A stretch of 64,000 nt of DNA from a virus, in the UHGV virus genome UHGV-1368455. One strand, 5' to 3'. Below are positions 42,414 to 52,051 of this stretch, piece by piece. The translations under genes and the position numbers were made by a program. The notes below the pieces were generated by a model. That model saw nothing but the letters and a program-made list of their open reading frames with translations. It was not told where the DNA came from and made no database searches. Each line of letters begins with the position of its first letter. Within the stretch, counting starts at the first letter, position 1.

Positions 42414-42659
42414 TTATTTATTTAATAATTTAATAGGAGTAACAGAAATAGTATCAGGTATTTTATTTCCAACTTTAATATTAAAAGCAAAAGCAGATTT
42501 ATGAATTTCATATTCACCATTCATAACTTTATCAATAATAGTTTGAATAGAATATCTTTTATCACAAGGAATATAATTAGGCGTACCAACACATTCATCA
42601 TATCCTTGTCTATTATTAGTGCGCTGATAGTAAACTATCCAATATTGAGATTTGCTCAT
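42414..42659 (-). CDS. hypothetical protein
   Basis: 81-aa ORF. Confidence 0.4.
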   Translation of the reverse strand: MSKSQYWIVYYQRTNNRQGYDECVGTPNYIPCDKRYSIQTIIDKVMNGEYEIHKSAFAFNIKVGNKIPDTISVTPIKLLNK

Positions 42660-42823
42660 AATCTATAATCAACAGTTTCAACACGCTTGGTAGAAATTTT
42701 ACCGCAATGTTTACAACGACTAATAATAATAGTACCAATTTGATTACCTTTTACATTAAGATAAGGCTCTTCTTTATAAACTTCAAATTCATGAAGTCCA
42801 AATTTACATTTAATATTATTCAT
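42656..42823 (-). CDS. small Cys-containing protein (55 aa), possible zinc-binding
   Basis: ATG at 42821-42823 (- strand). Reads MNNIKCKFGLHEF…SRCKHCGKISTKRVETVDYRL. Its stop overlaps the downstream start (ATGA). Not in the ORF track because it is under 60 aa. Confidence 0.3.
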   Translation of the reverse strand: MNNIKCKFGLHEFEVYKEEPYLNVKGNQIGTIIISRCKHCGKISTKRVETVDYRL

Positions 42824-42826
42824 AGC

Positions 42827-43072
42827 TTAACGTCTTTTACGAGGTTCTGCATAACGATATTTAGGAGAAAGATATTCGCAACCTTTTATATTTTCTCTAT
42901 TTTGATTAAGATGTACTTTAACAAATTTATAACCACCACCAAAATAGACTAAACGCATAGAACTATCACGTTTATGTTCTTGTTCTCTACGAGAAAGTTT
43001 AGGACGAACATACATAGCTTTTTTTGCCATCAATTTCATCATCTCTTTGTTTAATTCAAATGTCTTTTTCAT
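42827..43072 (-). CDS. hypothetical basic protein
   Basis: 81-aa ORF. Confidence 0.4.
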   Translation of the reverse strand: MKKTFELNKEMMKLMAKKAMYVRPKLSRREQEHKRDSSMRLVYFGGGYKFVKVHLNQNRENIKGCEYLSPKYRYAEPRKRR

Positions 43073-43088
43073 ATTCTTTATTATTTAA

Positions 43089-43904
43089 TTAATTATGTTT
43101 ATTTTTAAGTTCTTCTTCTGCTTCATTCACATCATTAGGAATAATATTAAAAGCGCTTTTACCAACAATACTTTCTATTTTAATAAGATTGAGTTTATAC
43201 TTTTGGCTAAGTTTAATAAATTCAGCACTATCATCTCGTGTAAAAGTAATAAATCCATTAATTCCGTCATCAGAACCTATTTCATAACAATCAAGTATAA
43301 TAGTATTCTTTGGAGCATATTTATGTTCATCAATATTTACTTGTTTTATTTGACAGCAACTTAAATAATCTCCTGTAAAACGAAGATTAGCATCAACAAG
43401 CCAAGTACCTCCAGACCAAGTAGTATTATTACCTTGTATAAAATTAGTATCATTCCAACCTTTATGATATTTAATACGTTTACTAAACGAATCAATATCC
43501 TCTATAATAACAGTACCATCTTCATTAATACGTTTGAATATACTACTTTTTCTCTTGTTTTGATAATTTTTTCTTCCTTTATCATCTTTATAAATAAAAT
43601 GAAATTCATCATCCTTAAGAGTAAGAGGGGCAATAGGTTCAAACTTACAAAGTTTTTGAACAAGATTAATTTCAAAAGGAGCACTAAAACCTCTATTACC
43701 ATGACTACTGAAAACAGCAAGAGCTTCCATTACTTGTTCATACATCCAACTATTTGGATTATCTTTTTGTCCAGGTTTATAACCAGCAAGACGGAGTTCA
43801 TAATCTCCATGTCTACAAATATTACTATGAGCGATAATATATTGAAGAGCTTTCTTATTAATAAGACATTTACGCATCTTCTTATCTTTTCTTCTACTTA
43901 CCAT
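43089..43904 (-). CDS. hypothetical protein, paralog of the ORF at 40908-41639
   Basis: 271-aa ORF. Shares IAPLTLKDDEF and an IYKDDKG segment with the 243-aa ORF. Confidence 0.5.
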   Translation of the reverse strand: MVSRRKDKKMRKCLINKKALQYIIAHSNICRHGDYELRLAGYKPGQKDNPNSWMYEQVMEALAVFSSHGNRGFSAPFEINLVQKLCKFEPIAPLTLKDDEFHFIYKDDKGRKNYQNKRKSSIFKRINEDGTVIIEDIDSFSKRIKYHKGWNDTNFIQGNNTTWSGGTWLVDANLRFTGDYLSCCQIKQVNIDEHKYAPKNTIILDCYEIGSDDGINGFITFTRDDSAEFIKLSQKYKLNLIKIESIVGKSAFNIIPNDVNEAEEELKNKHN

Positions 43905-43907
43905 AAT

Positions 43908-44105
43908 TTAATAATTATAAAGTGTTACACCCTGTCCATCTGTAAGAATATCTTTAACAATATAACAAATACCTCTACTATCAGGAAGATAGTCTTCTTC
44001 ATCTATGTCCATATCAACTATTACGTTTCCATGTCCAATTTCTTGTCTAATAGCTTGAAGTTTATCTATAACTTCATCTAAAGTCATTGGTTTATTAGAT
44101 GTCAT
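43908..44105 (-). CDS. hypothetical small acidic protein
   Basis: 65-aa ORF. Confidence 0.4.
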   Translation of the reverse strand: MTSNKPMTLDEVIDKLQAIRQEIGHGNVIVDMDIDEEDYLPDSRGICYIVKDILTDGQGVTLYNY

Positions 44106-44967
44106 AACTTAAAGCGTTAAGTTCAGTTTTAATCATGCCAGCAATAATCTTAGCGTTAGGATGAGGATTACCAGTAGTACCATAATAACGAAGGTCAAGA
44201 ATAGCACGCCATTCATCTATAGAATAAGTATATACAACTTCTGTTGCAGTATCAAGAGGAAGTACACCACGAGCATCTTGACGAAGCATACCATTATCTA
44301 CAAGAAGTTTATATTTATTAAAAGAATCATTACAACTATCTCTAAAAATAGATGCTTTTTTATGAGAATCGCACCATTCTTCAAAAATAGGTTCATTATT
44401 TAAATAATTTACTTCTTCGTCAGTCATCCAATAAGGACGACAAATAGTACCATCTTCATAAACATATCTTGTAGACTGTTCAGCAATATTGTTAGGACTT
44501 ACTCTATTTAGTTCTCTACTTGTACTAATTTGAGTTGTAATCTTAAAAGTATATCGCATCATATTCCATGCCATAAAACAAGCATTAGCGAATACTTCAT
44601 CTTCAAGTTGATAATCAAGAATAGTATAAATTAAACATCGATGGTCAAGATTCCAATTACCATTAGTAACAACATAATAATAATTAGAATCAATCTTAAT
44701 ATCGATTCCTATTATGTTAGCTTCATTTCGAATAGCTATATAATAATATCTAACCCAATCTGGAACTTTAATTCTTGGAACAATAAAATAATATGTAGCA
44801 TGACGAAACATACTCCAATGTTTGTTTTTAAGAAGATTATTATAAGTAACTTCATCATTGCCAGTTTCTTTTTTATAACAAACTCTTGCACAACGGACAA
44901 TATGTTTAGCTATATCATTTTGTTCCCAATATTCAACGTTTGGTTTTATTATTTTCATATCTTGCAA
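44095..44967 (-). CDS. thyX: flavin-dependent thymidylate synthase ThyX-like protein
   Basis: 290-aa ORF. VRCARVCY, EQSTRYV and LRQDARGVLPLDTATEVVYT…ILDLR resemble the ThyX core. The canonical RHRx7S signature is not intact (FRHATYYF), so this may be divergent. Confidence 0.55.
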   Translation of the reverse strand: MQDMKIIKPNVEYWEQNDIAKHIVRCARVCYKKETGNDEVTYNNLLKNKHWSMFRHATYYFIVPRIKVPDWVRYYYIAIRNEANIIGIDIKIDSNYYYVVTNGNWNLDHRCLIYTILDYQLEDEVFANACFMAWNMMRYTFKITTQISTSRELNRVSPNNIAEQSTRYVYEDGTICRPYWMTDEEVNYLNNEPIFEEWCDSHKKASIFRDSCNDSFNKYKLLVDNGMLRQDARGVLPLDTATEVVYTYSIDEWRAILDLRYYGTTGNPHPNAKIIAGMIKTELNALSYDI

Positions 44968-45706
44968 TTATATTTTGATAAACGTCCAAAACTTTATAAA
45001 ATAAATTAAATAAAGTAGTATTATTAGTAATAGTATATTCGCAATCAATATCAATTTGTTCAGATATATGTATGGAATTGTCATCGTTGTGATTATTTTT
45101 TTCACGAGTGACCATAATAACTCCCCCGTAGAGAGGATGTTGTTGTATGGTTTTAGCTTCATTCGTAAATCTAACATCTGGAATAAGACAAATACCATAC
45201 AAACGATTAATATTGTCAACTTTATTCATAGTAGCTCGTATCCAAATGTCGTCACCAAGATATTTTCTACATATATCAGTTCCAAAAAATTGTAATATAG
45301 TTCTAATTTTTATAACACGAAGTTTTTTAGTATTTTCTAATTGATAACTAAAATATTCAGGAGAATTAACAAGAGAACTATATTCAATAATCTTATAAAC
45401 TTCTTGATGATGAATTACATCTTTACAATCATAAAATTTGCAATTATCAATACAAAAGAAAGAATTATCTTTATAGTATTCATCATCAAGATATTCTCTT
45501 GGTATATTATAAATAGCAGATACACAATCTCTAAGAGCGTCGGCAAAATGAACAGATTTACGTTTAGCTCTATCTTTATTAGAAACTCTATTAGCAATCC
45601 ATTCTTGATAATTAGCTTTAGTAACTCCAACAGTGTGTATATAAGCAATCATATTAGCAATGGTATCTTTGCCAGATTGTTTTTTACCACATATTCCAAT
45701 AATCAT
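44933..45706 (-). CDS. P-loop deoxynucleoside monophosphate kinase-like protein
   Basis: 257-aa ORF. N-terminal IGICGKKQSGKDTIANMI P-loop and LIPDVRFTNE resemble T4 gp1-type dNMP kinase. Contains a variant repeat copy (PLYGGV). Confidence 0.5.
   Translation of the reverse strand: MIIGICGKKQSGKDTIANMIAYIHTVGVTKANYQEWIANRVSNKDRAKRKSVHFADALRDCVSAIYNIPREYLDDEYYKDNSFFCIDNCKFYDCKDVIHHQEVYKIIEYSSLVNSPEYFSYQLENTKKLRVIKIRTILQFFGTDICRKYLGDDIWIRATMNKVDNINRLYGICLIPDVRFTNEAKTIQQHPLYGGVIMVTREKNNHNDDNSIHISEQIDIDCEYTITNNTTLFNLFYKVLDVYQNIIARYENNKTKR
45119..45138 (+). repeat. dispersed element, copy 12 (variant)
   Basis: AACTCCCCCGTAGAGAGGAT. Inside the - strand dNMP-kinase-like CDS, where it reads PLYGGV. 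Confidence 0.75.
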
Positions 45707-45709
45707 AAC

Positions 45710-46033
45710 TTAATTTTTAGAAGCAAATTGAAAACTTAATTTAGGCTGTTTATCTTTTATAATAATATCTTTATTACGATTTTGACCATGATTGAGATGA
45801 AATTTAATCATATCACGACATTGATTAATAGCGTCATTACATCCTTCAATAAAATACTTATGAACAGTTTTATTAATATCATTACGAATAGGAACAGGAC
45901 TATCTACAAAATTAATTTGTGTCATAAGTTCTTCAAGATGTTCAATAGCAATAGAATAAGACTGAACAATATCTACTTCATCAGTCATACTTTCAATATT
46001 CCATTTAATATTTGTTATATCCATAATTAACAT
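45710..46033 (-). CDS. hypothetical protein
   Basis: 107-aa ORF. Confidence 0.45.
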   Translation of the reverse strand: MLIMDITNIKWNIESMTDEVDIVQSYSIAIEHLEELMTQINFVDSPVPIRNDINKTVHKYFIEGCNDAINQCRDMIKFHLNHGQNRNKDIIIKDKQPKLSFQFASKN

Positions 46034-46246
46034 TTTATGTTAGGTTGGCACAAATATATAAAATTTTTCTGTAATCACAATAGAAAAATGTGAATTATTT
46101 TAAGGCAAAATAAAGCTGTTTTAAGCCCTCATTATCAATTTGCGATTAACAATACAACTGCCACAGACAAAACGAACAGAGAGCTAAAAACAGCTTTTAA
46201 TGGTAAAAAGACAGAATAGTGTACCGGCTATTTAAGCGGCCGACCA

Positions 46247-46594
46247 CTATGTAATAATATAAACATCATAAGTATTAGCACTTTCAAGATATTCAACATT
46301 AACATTGCCACGAGTTTTACATTCATTTTTAATATAACTATCTATTTCTCCATGAGTTCTAAGATGTAGACGACCATATTCATCCACTTTACATTTACGA
46401 CAATGCTCATCAAACTCAATAGAACTAAATAGAAAAAAGTATTCTCGATTTAATGTAATACTATTATATCTTGCAGCTTCAATATAGTATTTATAATCAG
46501 TACGAGTATTAGGAATAACAAACTCTCCTCGTTTATTATAATGTGGAAGAGTTTTAACAGTTTTAGGATTAATTACTTCATATTGATAAATCAT
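46247..46594 (-). CDS. hypothetical protein
   Basis: 115-aa ORF. Cys/His pairs present (HCRKCKVDEYGRLHLRTHG) but no recognised motif. Confidence 0.45.
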   Translation of the reverse strand: MIYQYEVINPKTVKTLPHYNKRGEFVIPNTRTDYKYYIEAARYNSITLNREYFFLFSSIEFDEHCRKCKVDEYGRLHLRTHGEIDSYIKNECKTRGNVNVEYLESANTYDVYIIT

Positions 46595-47805
46595 ACAAAT
46601 CTTGTAGTTTTAATATGCCATGGGAGTTGATTAACTCCACTTCTTTCGCCATACTCTACAAATACTTTCTTGCCAATATAATGATTCTTTGCTTTAAGTA
46701 TAGATTTTTGATAAGATTGAGTACCACCAATATGTATTTCAAAAGTAGCATCATTAATATCATTTCTACATACAAGAAGAGGAATATCTGGACGTTTAAT
46801 ACCTTCGGGTTTAATATCAATTACCTCAAATATACCATCAGTAGATTTTTTATACTTAATCATTATATTAGCAGAACGTTTACCAAAAGCATATTCGGCA
46901 TCTGGATTACGAAGAATAAGACCTTCAAATCCACAATTAATATTATTATTACGAGCAATTAATGCTTCAGTAGGAGTAGAAACTTCAACATGAGGAAGAA
47001 CAACTAATCTTTCAGTATTAGCTAAATGTTCTTCTTTATTAACAAAGGGTTTAACAAACCAACTCAATTTAGCTTCAAGTATTTCAGTACGATAATATTG
47101 TAGTATATCTTCAACAGCTAAATCATAACACCAAAATTGAATAAATTTATTTTCTTTACAATAAGGGTCTTTAATAAAATGATTCAGCTGATTAACAGTA
47201 TAACCGGGAATATATAATTCGCCATCAAGAACTATATTTTCAGAAGCCATACGAGCAAGAAAATCTTTTGGCATAATTTCGAGAAGATAATCTTCAAGAT
47301 AAGTAAGACTATTCCAAAATGTTCCTTCACGAGATTGAAAACGAAGTCCAATAGGCTTAAATAAACTACTTCCAATAAGATGAGCACTAATAAAACATCT
47401 AAGACCATTAATTTTATATTGTCCTATATAAGAACTACAACGGTCAAAGACTTTATCATCATAAACTTTAGCAAGCATAGCAAGTAAAGTATCATTAGCT
47501 CCAGCACGATTATAAGGCAGATATTTATCAAGATAAGATAACAATTCTTCCTCTACGGGGTAGTTCGTATTATCTTTAATATCAGCAAGAGTACGATAAC
47601 CAGTTTTAATCTTTGCTTTTATACGTGAGCTAATTTCATCTTCAACTTTACGTCGAGTGGCAACTACTTCATCAAGCATAGTTTTACCTATAATACCATG
47701 ACGAATATGTATAAAATGGTCATCTCGTTTAACAGCTTCCCATACACATATTTGTCCATAATTATTACGACGATAAAGAGCAGTTAAATAATTAAACGGA
47801 TACAT
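46591..47805 (-). CDS. ATP-dependent DNA ligase, with an atypical motif I
   Basis: 404-aa ORF. Motif I-like KINGLR (47404-47415 region), motif III IVLDGELYIPG, motif IV EGLILR, motif V IMIKYKK. Contains a variant repeat copy (NYPVEE). Confidence 0.65.
   Translation of the reverse strand: MYPFNYLTALYRRNNYGQICVWEAVKRDDHFIHIRHGIIGKTMLDEVVATRRKVEDEISSRIKAKIKTGYRTLADIKDNTNYPVEEELLSYLDKYLPYNRAGANDTLLAMLAKVYDDKVFDRCSSYIGQYKINGLRCFISAHLIGSSLFKPIGLRFQSREGTFWNSLTYLEDYLLEIMPKDFLARMASENIVLDGELYIPGYTVNQLNHFIKDPYCKENKFIQFWCYDLAVEDILQYYRTEILEAKLSWFVKPFVNKEEHLANTERLVVLPHVEVSTPTEALIARNNNINCGFEGLILRNPDAEYAFGKRSANIMIKYKKSTDGIFEVIDIKPEGIKRPDIPLLVCRNDINDATFEIHIGGTQSYQKSILKAKNHYIGKKVFVEYGERSGVNQLPWHIKTTRFV
47549..47567 (-). 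repeat. dispersed element, copy 13 (variant)
   Basis: TCCTCTACGGGGTAGTTCG. Inside the - strand ligase CDS, where it reads NYPVEE. Confidence 0.65.
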
Positions 47806-48405
47806 TTATTCTTTCTTTTTGAAACTAAACGTCATAGAACTAAGTGGCACAGTACTTTTCTTAATAGCTTTATTGATTTTACGAGCATTAAGTTCTTTAA
47901 GTTTATCGCCATCTTTACTTTCAATATGTTCGCCAGTTTTAGGATTATCATAATAATATATCTTTTCGCCAGTAAACATATCAATAGTAGTTTGCTTAAA
48001 AAACTTATTAGGTTTAGCACGTTTAGGTTTACGCTTAGGATTCTCAATATTAGCTACACAAGGATTTTCGTGTTCAAATATAAGATTATCTATATGACGT
48101 TTAATAAGCTTGTTTATGTATTGATTATAAATAAATTGATTAACAAGTTTAATAACAAACCAAAAATAAAAAGTACCATAAATACTATAAATAGGATATG
48201 TAGTCATCATAGGACGACCAGAACTATATTCTTTAGTACAATCCATATAAACAAGATATTTATCAAGTATATCGGTAATATCTTTATCGCTATTATAATC
48301 AGGAGTTTGTTTCCATTTCTGATAATTAATTATAGGATATTGAATAACTAATCTACTATGTTCATTAGTTATAGGATTATCAAAGTTTATCTTTAATATC
48401 ATCAT
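47806..48405 (-). CDS. hypothetical protein
   Basis: 199-aa ORF. Confidence 0.45.
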   Translation of the reverse strand: MMILKINFDNPITNEHSRLVIQYPIINYQKWKQTPDYNSDKDITDILDKYLVYMDCTKEYSSGRPMMTTYPIYSIYGTFYFWFVIKLVNQFIYNQYINKLIKRHIDNLIFEHENPCVANIENPKRKPKRAKPNKFFKQTTIDMFTGEKIYYYDNPKTGEHIESKDGDKLKELNARKINKAIKKSTVPLSSMTFSFKKKE

Positions 48406-48898
48406 GTTTAAGTCTATGTTTACCTGTTTTATAAACTATAATACGTTTAGGTTTACCAATAAGACAATGACAATAAGCAAACCAAAGAATTGCATCCCAT
48501 GTTTGAAACATTTTAGGTTTTCTATCAATAGTAGTAGCAATACCAGTTTCATAATCAAAATTAGAATAAATCCAATTACCACGTTCATCAACAAGATTGA
48601 ATTTTTCAATAATATCTAAATCGTCATCACTATCCAAATCTATTTCTCCATACATATAAATATCTTTTTGATTTATGATAGTACCATCTTTTCTTTCATA
48701 ACGAGTAACACCAAAATATTTAGACGATTTATCTATCCTATTTTCTTCTTCTTCGGTAATTGCTTCCATAACAACAGTAAAAGCGACTTTATTATCATTA
48801 GAACGGCAAAGAGTTATTGTTCCCGTCCGTATCCCTAACAGGTTTATTGTCTTCTCTTTTACTTTGTAATTCATTCGTTTTAATATATTTGATAGCAT
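48380..48898 (-). CDS. hypothetical protein (true start probably further downstream)
   Basis: 172-aa ORF. Its 5' 100 nt overlap the upstream primase-like gene, so a downstream start is likely. Confidence 0.4.
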   Translation of the reverse strand: MLSNILKRMNYKVKEKTINLLGIRTGTITLCRSNDNKVAFTVVMEAITEEEENRIDKSSKYFGVTRYERKDGTIINQKDIYMYGEIDLDSDDDLDIIEKFNLVDERGNWIYSNFDYETGIATTIDRKPKMFQTWDAILWFAYCHCLIGKPKRIIVYKTGKHRLKHDDIKDKL

Positions 48899-50025
48899 CT
48901 ATTATTAGTTCATAAACATTATTAATAGGAATAGATTTAACTAAATCAGCAAAATCTTTTGCTTTATATTTTTTATTAATAAGAAAAGGCTCGATTCCAA
49001 AATTACGTTTAAGCCAAATAGCTTCACGTTTACCAGTACTATCATTATCCATTAAAGATACAATACTTCCATTGATAGATTTATTTTTAAGCCAATCATA
49101 TTCATTTTGACGAAGACGATAAGTTTCATGAGGAATATTTATAACTCCAACTCGCATCTTATCAATATAGCCGATATTGTCAATACGAACTCCCCCGTAG
49201 AGGGATAATGCTTGCTTTATTGTGCATCCTAAGCTAACTCTATCTTTTGTAGACTTAGTAAGTACAATAATATCATAATCATTTCTGTTAAGATTATAAA
49301 TACCTTCGAGATGATTACAATTAGTTATAAATCTATCTTGACCTTTCTTACGTTTAGGAAAATATAATTTAATATTATATATACCATTTCTATCAATACC
49401 AAGGTTATAACCATAACAAGGGTCTTTTATGGTATAATAATATTTAGGTTCTGGATTAACTTTTCGATTAATATAATATTGTTCAACAGGATAAATAAAA
49501 TTAATATTAAGAAAAGAAATAGAAACATTAAATTGTTTCCAATATTCTATATCTTGATTATTCCAATCTCTAACAACAAGTTCTATTACTGGCTTTTTAC
49601 GTTTAATATTTGCAATAGCAGTATTAATGGAATTAATAAGAGTAATGTCTTTTTCTTGTCCATAAAATATATCCTTAAATGTAAAAGTAATATGCCTAAG
49701 AACTTTAATAAAATCATTTTTATTAGATATATCATAAGGTTTACTATACATTTCAGACATAATATAAGCAACAGTATCAAAACAATCGCCCCAAAATCCA
49801 TCATTACCAAAATCCTTAAATTTAAGTTTTCCTTTATTATTATATCTAAAACCAGCAGTAGGATGAACGTCTACACGAAGAGGATTACAAATAAGTTCTC
49901 CAGTATCTATACAACGTTGTATTTGTTCAATAGGAATACCAAGATATGTAGCAAAAATATTAACTTGTGATACTTTTTCAAGTATCATTTGTTTAGTAAG
50001 TCGAGAACTATTTATATTTCTCATC
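48798..50025 (-). CDS. putative DnaG-like TOPRIM primase
   Basis: TOPRIM-like DNDSTG…E pattern near the C-terminus (…SLMDNDSTGKREAIWL…). The track ORF extends to 50096 but its N-terminus would translate the terminator hairpin. ATG at 50025, or at 49988, lies after the terminator. Contains a repeat copy (SLYGGV). Confidence 0.45.
49186..49210 (+). repeat. dispersed element, copy 14
   Basis: CGAACTCCCCCGTAGAGGGATAATG. Inside the - strand primase-like CDS, where it reads SLYGGV. Confidence 0.9.
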
Positions 50026-50030
50026 GGTAC

Positions 50031-50077
50031 AAATAAAAAAATAGGGAGCAACCGCATCCGAAGATACAGCCACTCCC
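50031..50077 (-). terminator. rho-independent terminator downstream of the SSB-like gene
   Basis: On the - strand: GGGAG…CTCCC stem (50044-50048 / 50073-77 on +) followed by TATTTTTTTATTTG. Confidence 0.5.
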
Positions 50078-50098
50078 TTAATTTAAGCACTAACAATA

Positions 50099-51064
50099 TT
50101 AGAATGGCATATCATCTCCAGCCTCATTCGCAATAGCATCATAGCCTGTACCAAGACCAGAAGCTCCACCTGCCATCATTGGGTCAACAGGAATACCGCC
50201 AGCCATAGGACCGCCAACACCAGCACCAGCAGTTGGCATATTAGGAGCCTTAGCTTTCTCAATATTCTTAGGAATAATACATTCTTTAATAGCGTCAAGT
50301 TTGATAGATGGTAAAGCGTTCTGAACATAACGTTCTACACAGCCTTCACCAACAAATGTAGGAAATGCAAGTTCACCATTATTAACTGGTTGCCAACCTT
50401 TCTTGTTGTTCTTGATATAACGAATAAGTTTAATCCACACAGGAATAAACTTTCCATTTTTATCTTTGTAAATACAAACACCATCTTTTCCGCCACGATT
50501 CATAATATTTTCGAAAGCTTCAAAGAGACTTGTCCAACCAGCAATAACAGTTTCAGGCTCAATAGGTACATAATTACCATCTTCATCAAAGTCTTCAAAT
50601 GACAAAGAAAGAGCATTAGCTTCATCTTCGGTCAATTCACGGCCTTTAAGATAATAAACATTAAGAAGATGTTTAAGCCAATCAAATACAGCATTGACTT
50701 TCCATTCATCTTTGCCTCCAGGAATGGTGTTAGCGTTTGACTCAACAGCATTGAAAGAAAGATTAACATAATGACGTTTATTTACATCTTCCTCATTTGA
50801 AGCAAATGTTAATACAAGACGAGGAATATCCATACCATTAAAACTTGGCATACCAGTTGTATCTTCTCCAATAGTAATGGTAGAAAGAGTAACACTTTCT
50901 AAATGACCAATAAACAAACCATTAGGACGAGCAAGTTCATGACTGAATTTAAGTCTTGAAGTACCACGAGCACTTCCAATACCTCTACGAGTTACTTTCT
51001 TTGGTTGGTTCTCTGTTTGAGCAGCAGTTGCGCTTGTTGCTGCATTAACATTTTCTTTTGTCAT
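50099..51064 (-). CDS. ssb: single-stranded DNA-binding protein (SSB-like)
   Basis: 321-aa ORF ending in a Gly/Met/Pro-rich flexible tail and the acidic tip GDDMPF, like the bacterial SSB C-terminal DDDIPF. GC-richer than its neighbours. Confidence 0.5.
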   Translation of the reverse strand: MTKENVNAATSATAAQTENQPKKVTRRGIGSARGTSRLKFSHELARPNGLFIGHLESVTLSTITIGEDTTGMPSFNGMDIPRLVLTFASNEEDVNKRHYVNLSFNAVESNANTIPGGKDEWKVNAVFDWLKHLLNVYYLKGRELTEDEANALSLSFEDFDEDGNYVPIEPETVIAGWTSLFEAFENIMNRGGKDGVCIYKDKNGKFIPVWIKLIRYIKNNKKGWQPVNNGELAFPTFVGEGCVERYVQNALPSIKLDAIKECIIPKNIEKAKAPNMPTAGAGVGGPMAGGIPVDPMMAGGASGLGTGYDAIANEAGDDMPF

Positions 51065-51094
51065 GATAAATAATTTTTTAATTTAACGTTAAAC

Positions 51095-51141
51095 TATAAA
51101 ATAAAAGTCGGGAGAATAACCTTAACGATTACTCCCCCGAC
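51095..51141 (-). terminator. rho-independent terminator downstream of the gene at 51176-51979
   Basis: GC-rich stem GTCGGG(AG) 51107-51114 / CTCCCCCGAC 51132-51141. On the - strand it is followed by TTTTATTTTATAGTTT. Confidence 0.55.
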
Positions 51142-51175
51142 CATTAAGTTGAATAGCCAGATGAACAGAAGTCGA

Positions 51176-51979
51176 TTATTCAGCAGACTTACCAATACGA
51201 GCAGGCTCTTTATCAGTATAGTCACCGAGTATTATAGCCTTAACAGTAACGTCTTTATAACCATCGTTTATAACAACATCTTGCAGGTCTTCAACGTCAA
51301 CGTCATAAACACGATTGAACTTTTCAGCATCGTCACCAAGGTCAACTTTAAGCTGTTTCCAAACATTAGAATCAGTAAAGTTCAAAGAAGTACCAATACC
51401 TGTAAGACCGGCAGGATTAGCAACCTTAGAACCCTTAAACTTCGGCAGCTCGCGAGGAGTAACAAATGCGGTTAGAATTTCCATCTGTTCCTCTTTGGTA
51501 ACACCGTCACGAGAAAGAGCGTCCTTAGTAGCGTCATCAGCTTGTTCGAGAGCAGCTGCAAGCATTTCATCAAAATTCTGTGCAATAAACTTCAACTTAT
51601 CGTTCTTAGTCAGACGTTCGGTGATAGACTTAACATTACCTTTGGTATCAAATTCCTTAACACCCTTAGCAATAGCGAAAGCGTCAAACTCTTTATGGAT
51701 TGCAATAGCAGCTTCAGCACTTCCGAGTTCAAGCTCATTAGCTTTACAGAACTCAACAATCTGCGGGTCTTTCTGAGCAATAGCTGCGTCAATGTTGTCA
51801 ACATTGCTAAGAAACATAACATACTCACCGTTAGCAATACCAAGAGCACGAGAAACAGGAGCAGTCATACGGAAGTTACCTTCTGTACTAACAGCAATAA
51901 CCTGAGGTTCAACACTTACATTACGCTGACCAGCATTAACAGCACTAAAACCGAAATTCAAACTCTTAACAGTTTTCAT
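51176..51979 (-). CDS. hypothetical protein (Ala/Val-rich, GC-richer than neighbours)
   Basis: 267-aa ORF with a terminator downstream. Confidence 0.55.
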   Translation of the reverse strand: MKTVKSLNFGFSAVNAGQRNVSVEPQVIAVSTEGNFRMTAPVSRALGIANGEYVMFLSNVDNIDAAIAQKDPQIVEFCKANELELGSAEAAIAIHKEFDAFAIAKGVKEFDTKGNVKSITERLTKNDKLKFIAQNFDEMLAAALEQADDATKDALSRDGVTKEEQMEILTAFVTPRELPKFKGSKVANPAGLTGIGTSLNFTDSNVWKQLKVDLGDDAEKFNRVYDVDVEDLQDVVINDGYKDVTVKAIILGDYTDKEPARIGKSAE

Positions 51980-52051
51980 AATGATTAAATTTTTAATTGT
52001 GAAACAAATTTGTTTTTTATAAAAATTAATAGTACGAATACTAATTAAATA

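Noticed and set aside
51315-51988. + strand ORFs 51315-51776 and 51542-51988 opposite the gene at 51176-51979
   Set aside because: Antisense to a compositionally coherent - strand gene. Their S/A/L-rich translations are typical of GC-richer shadow frames.
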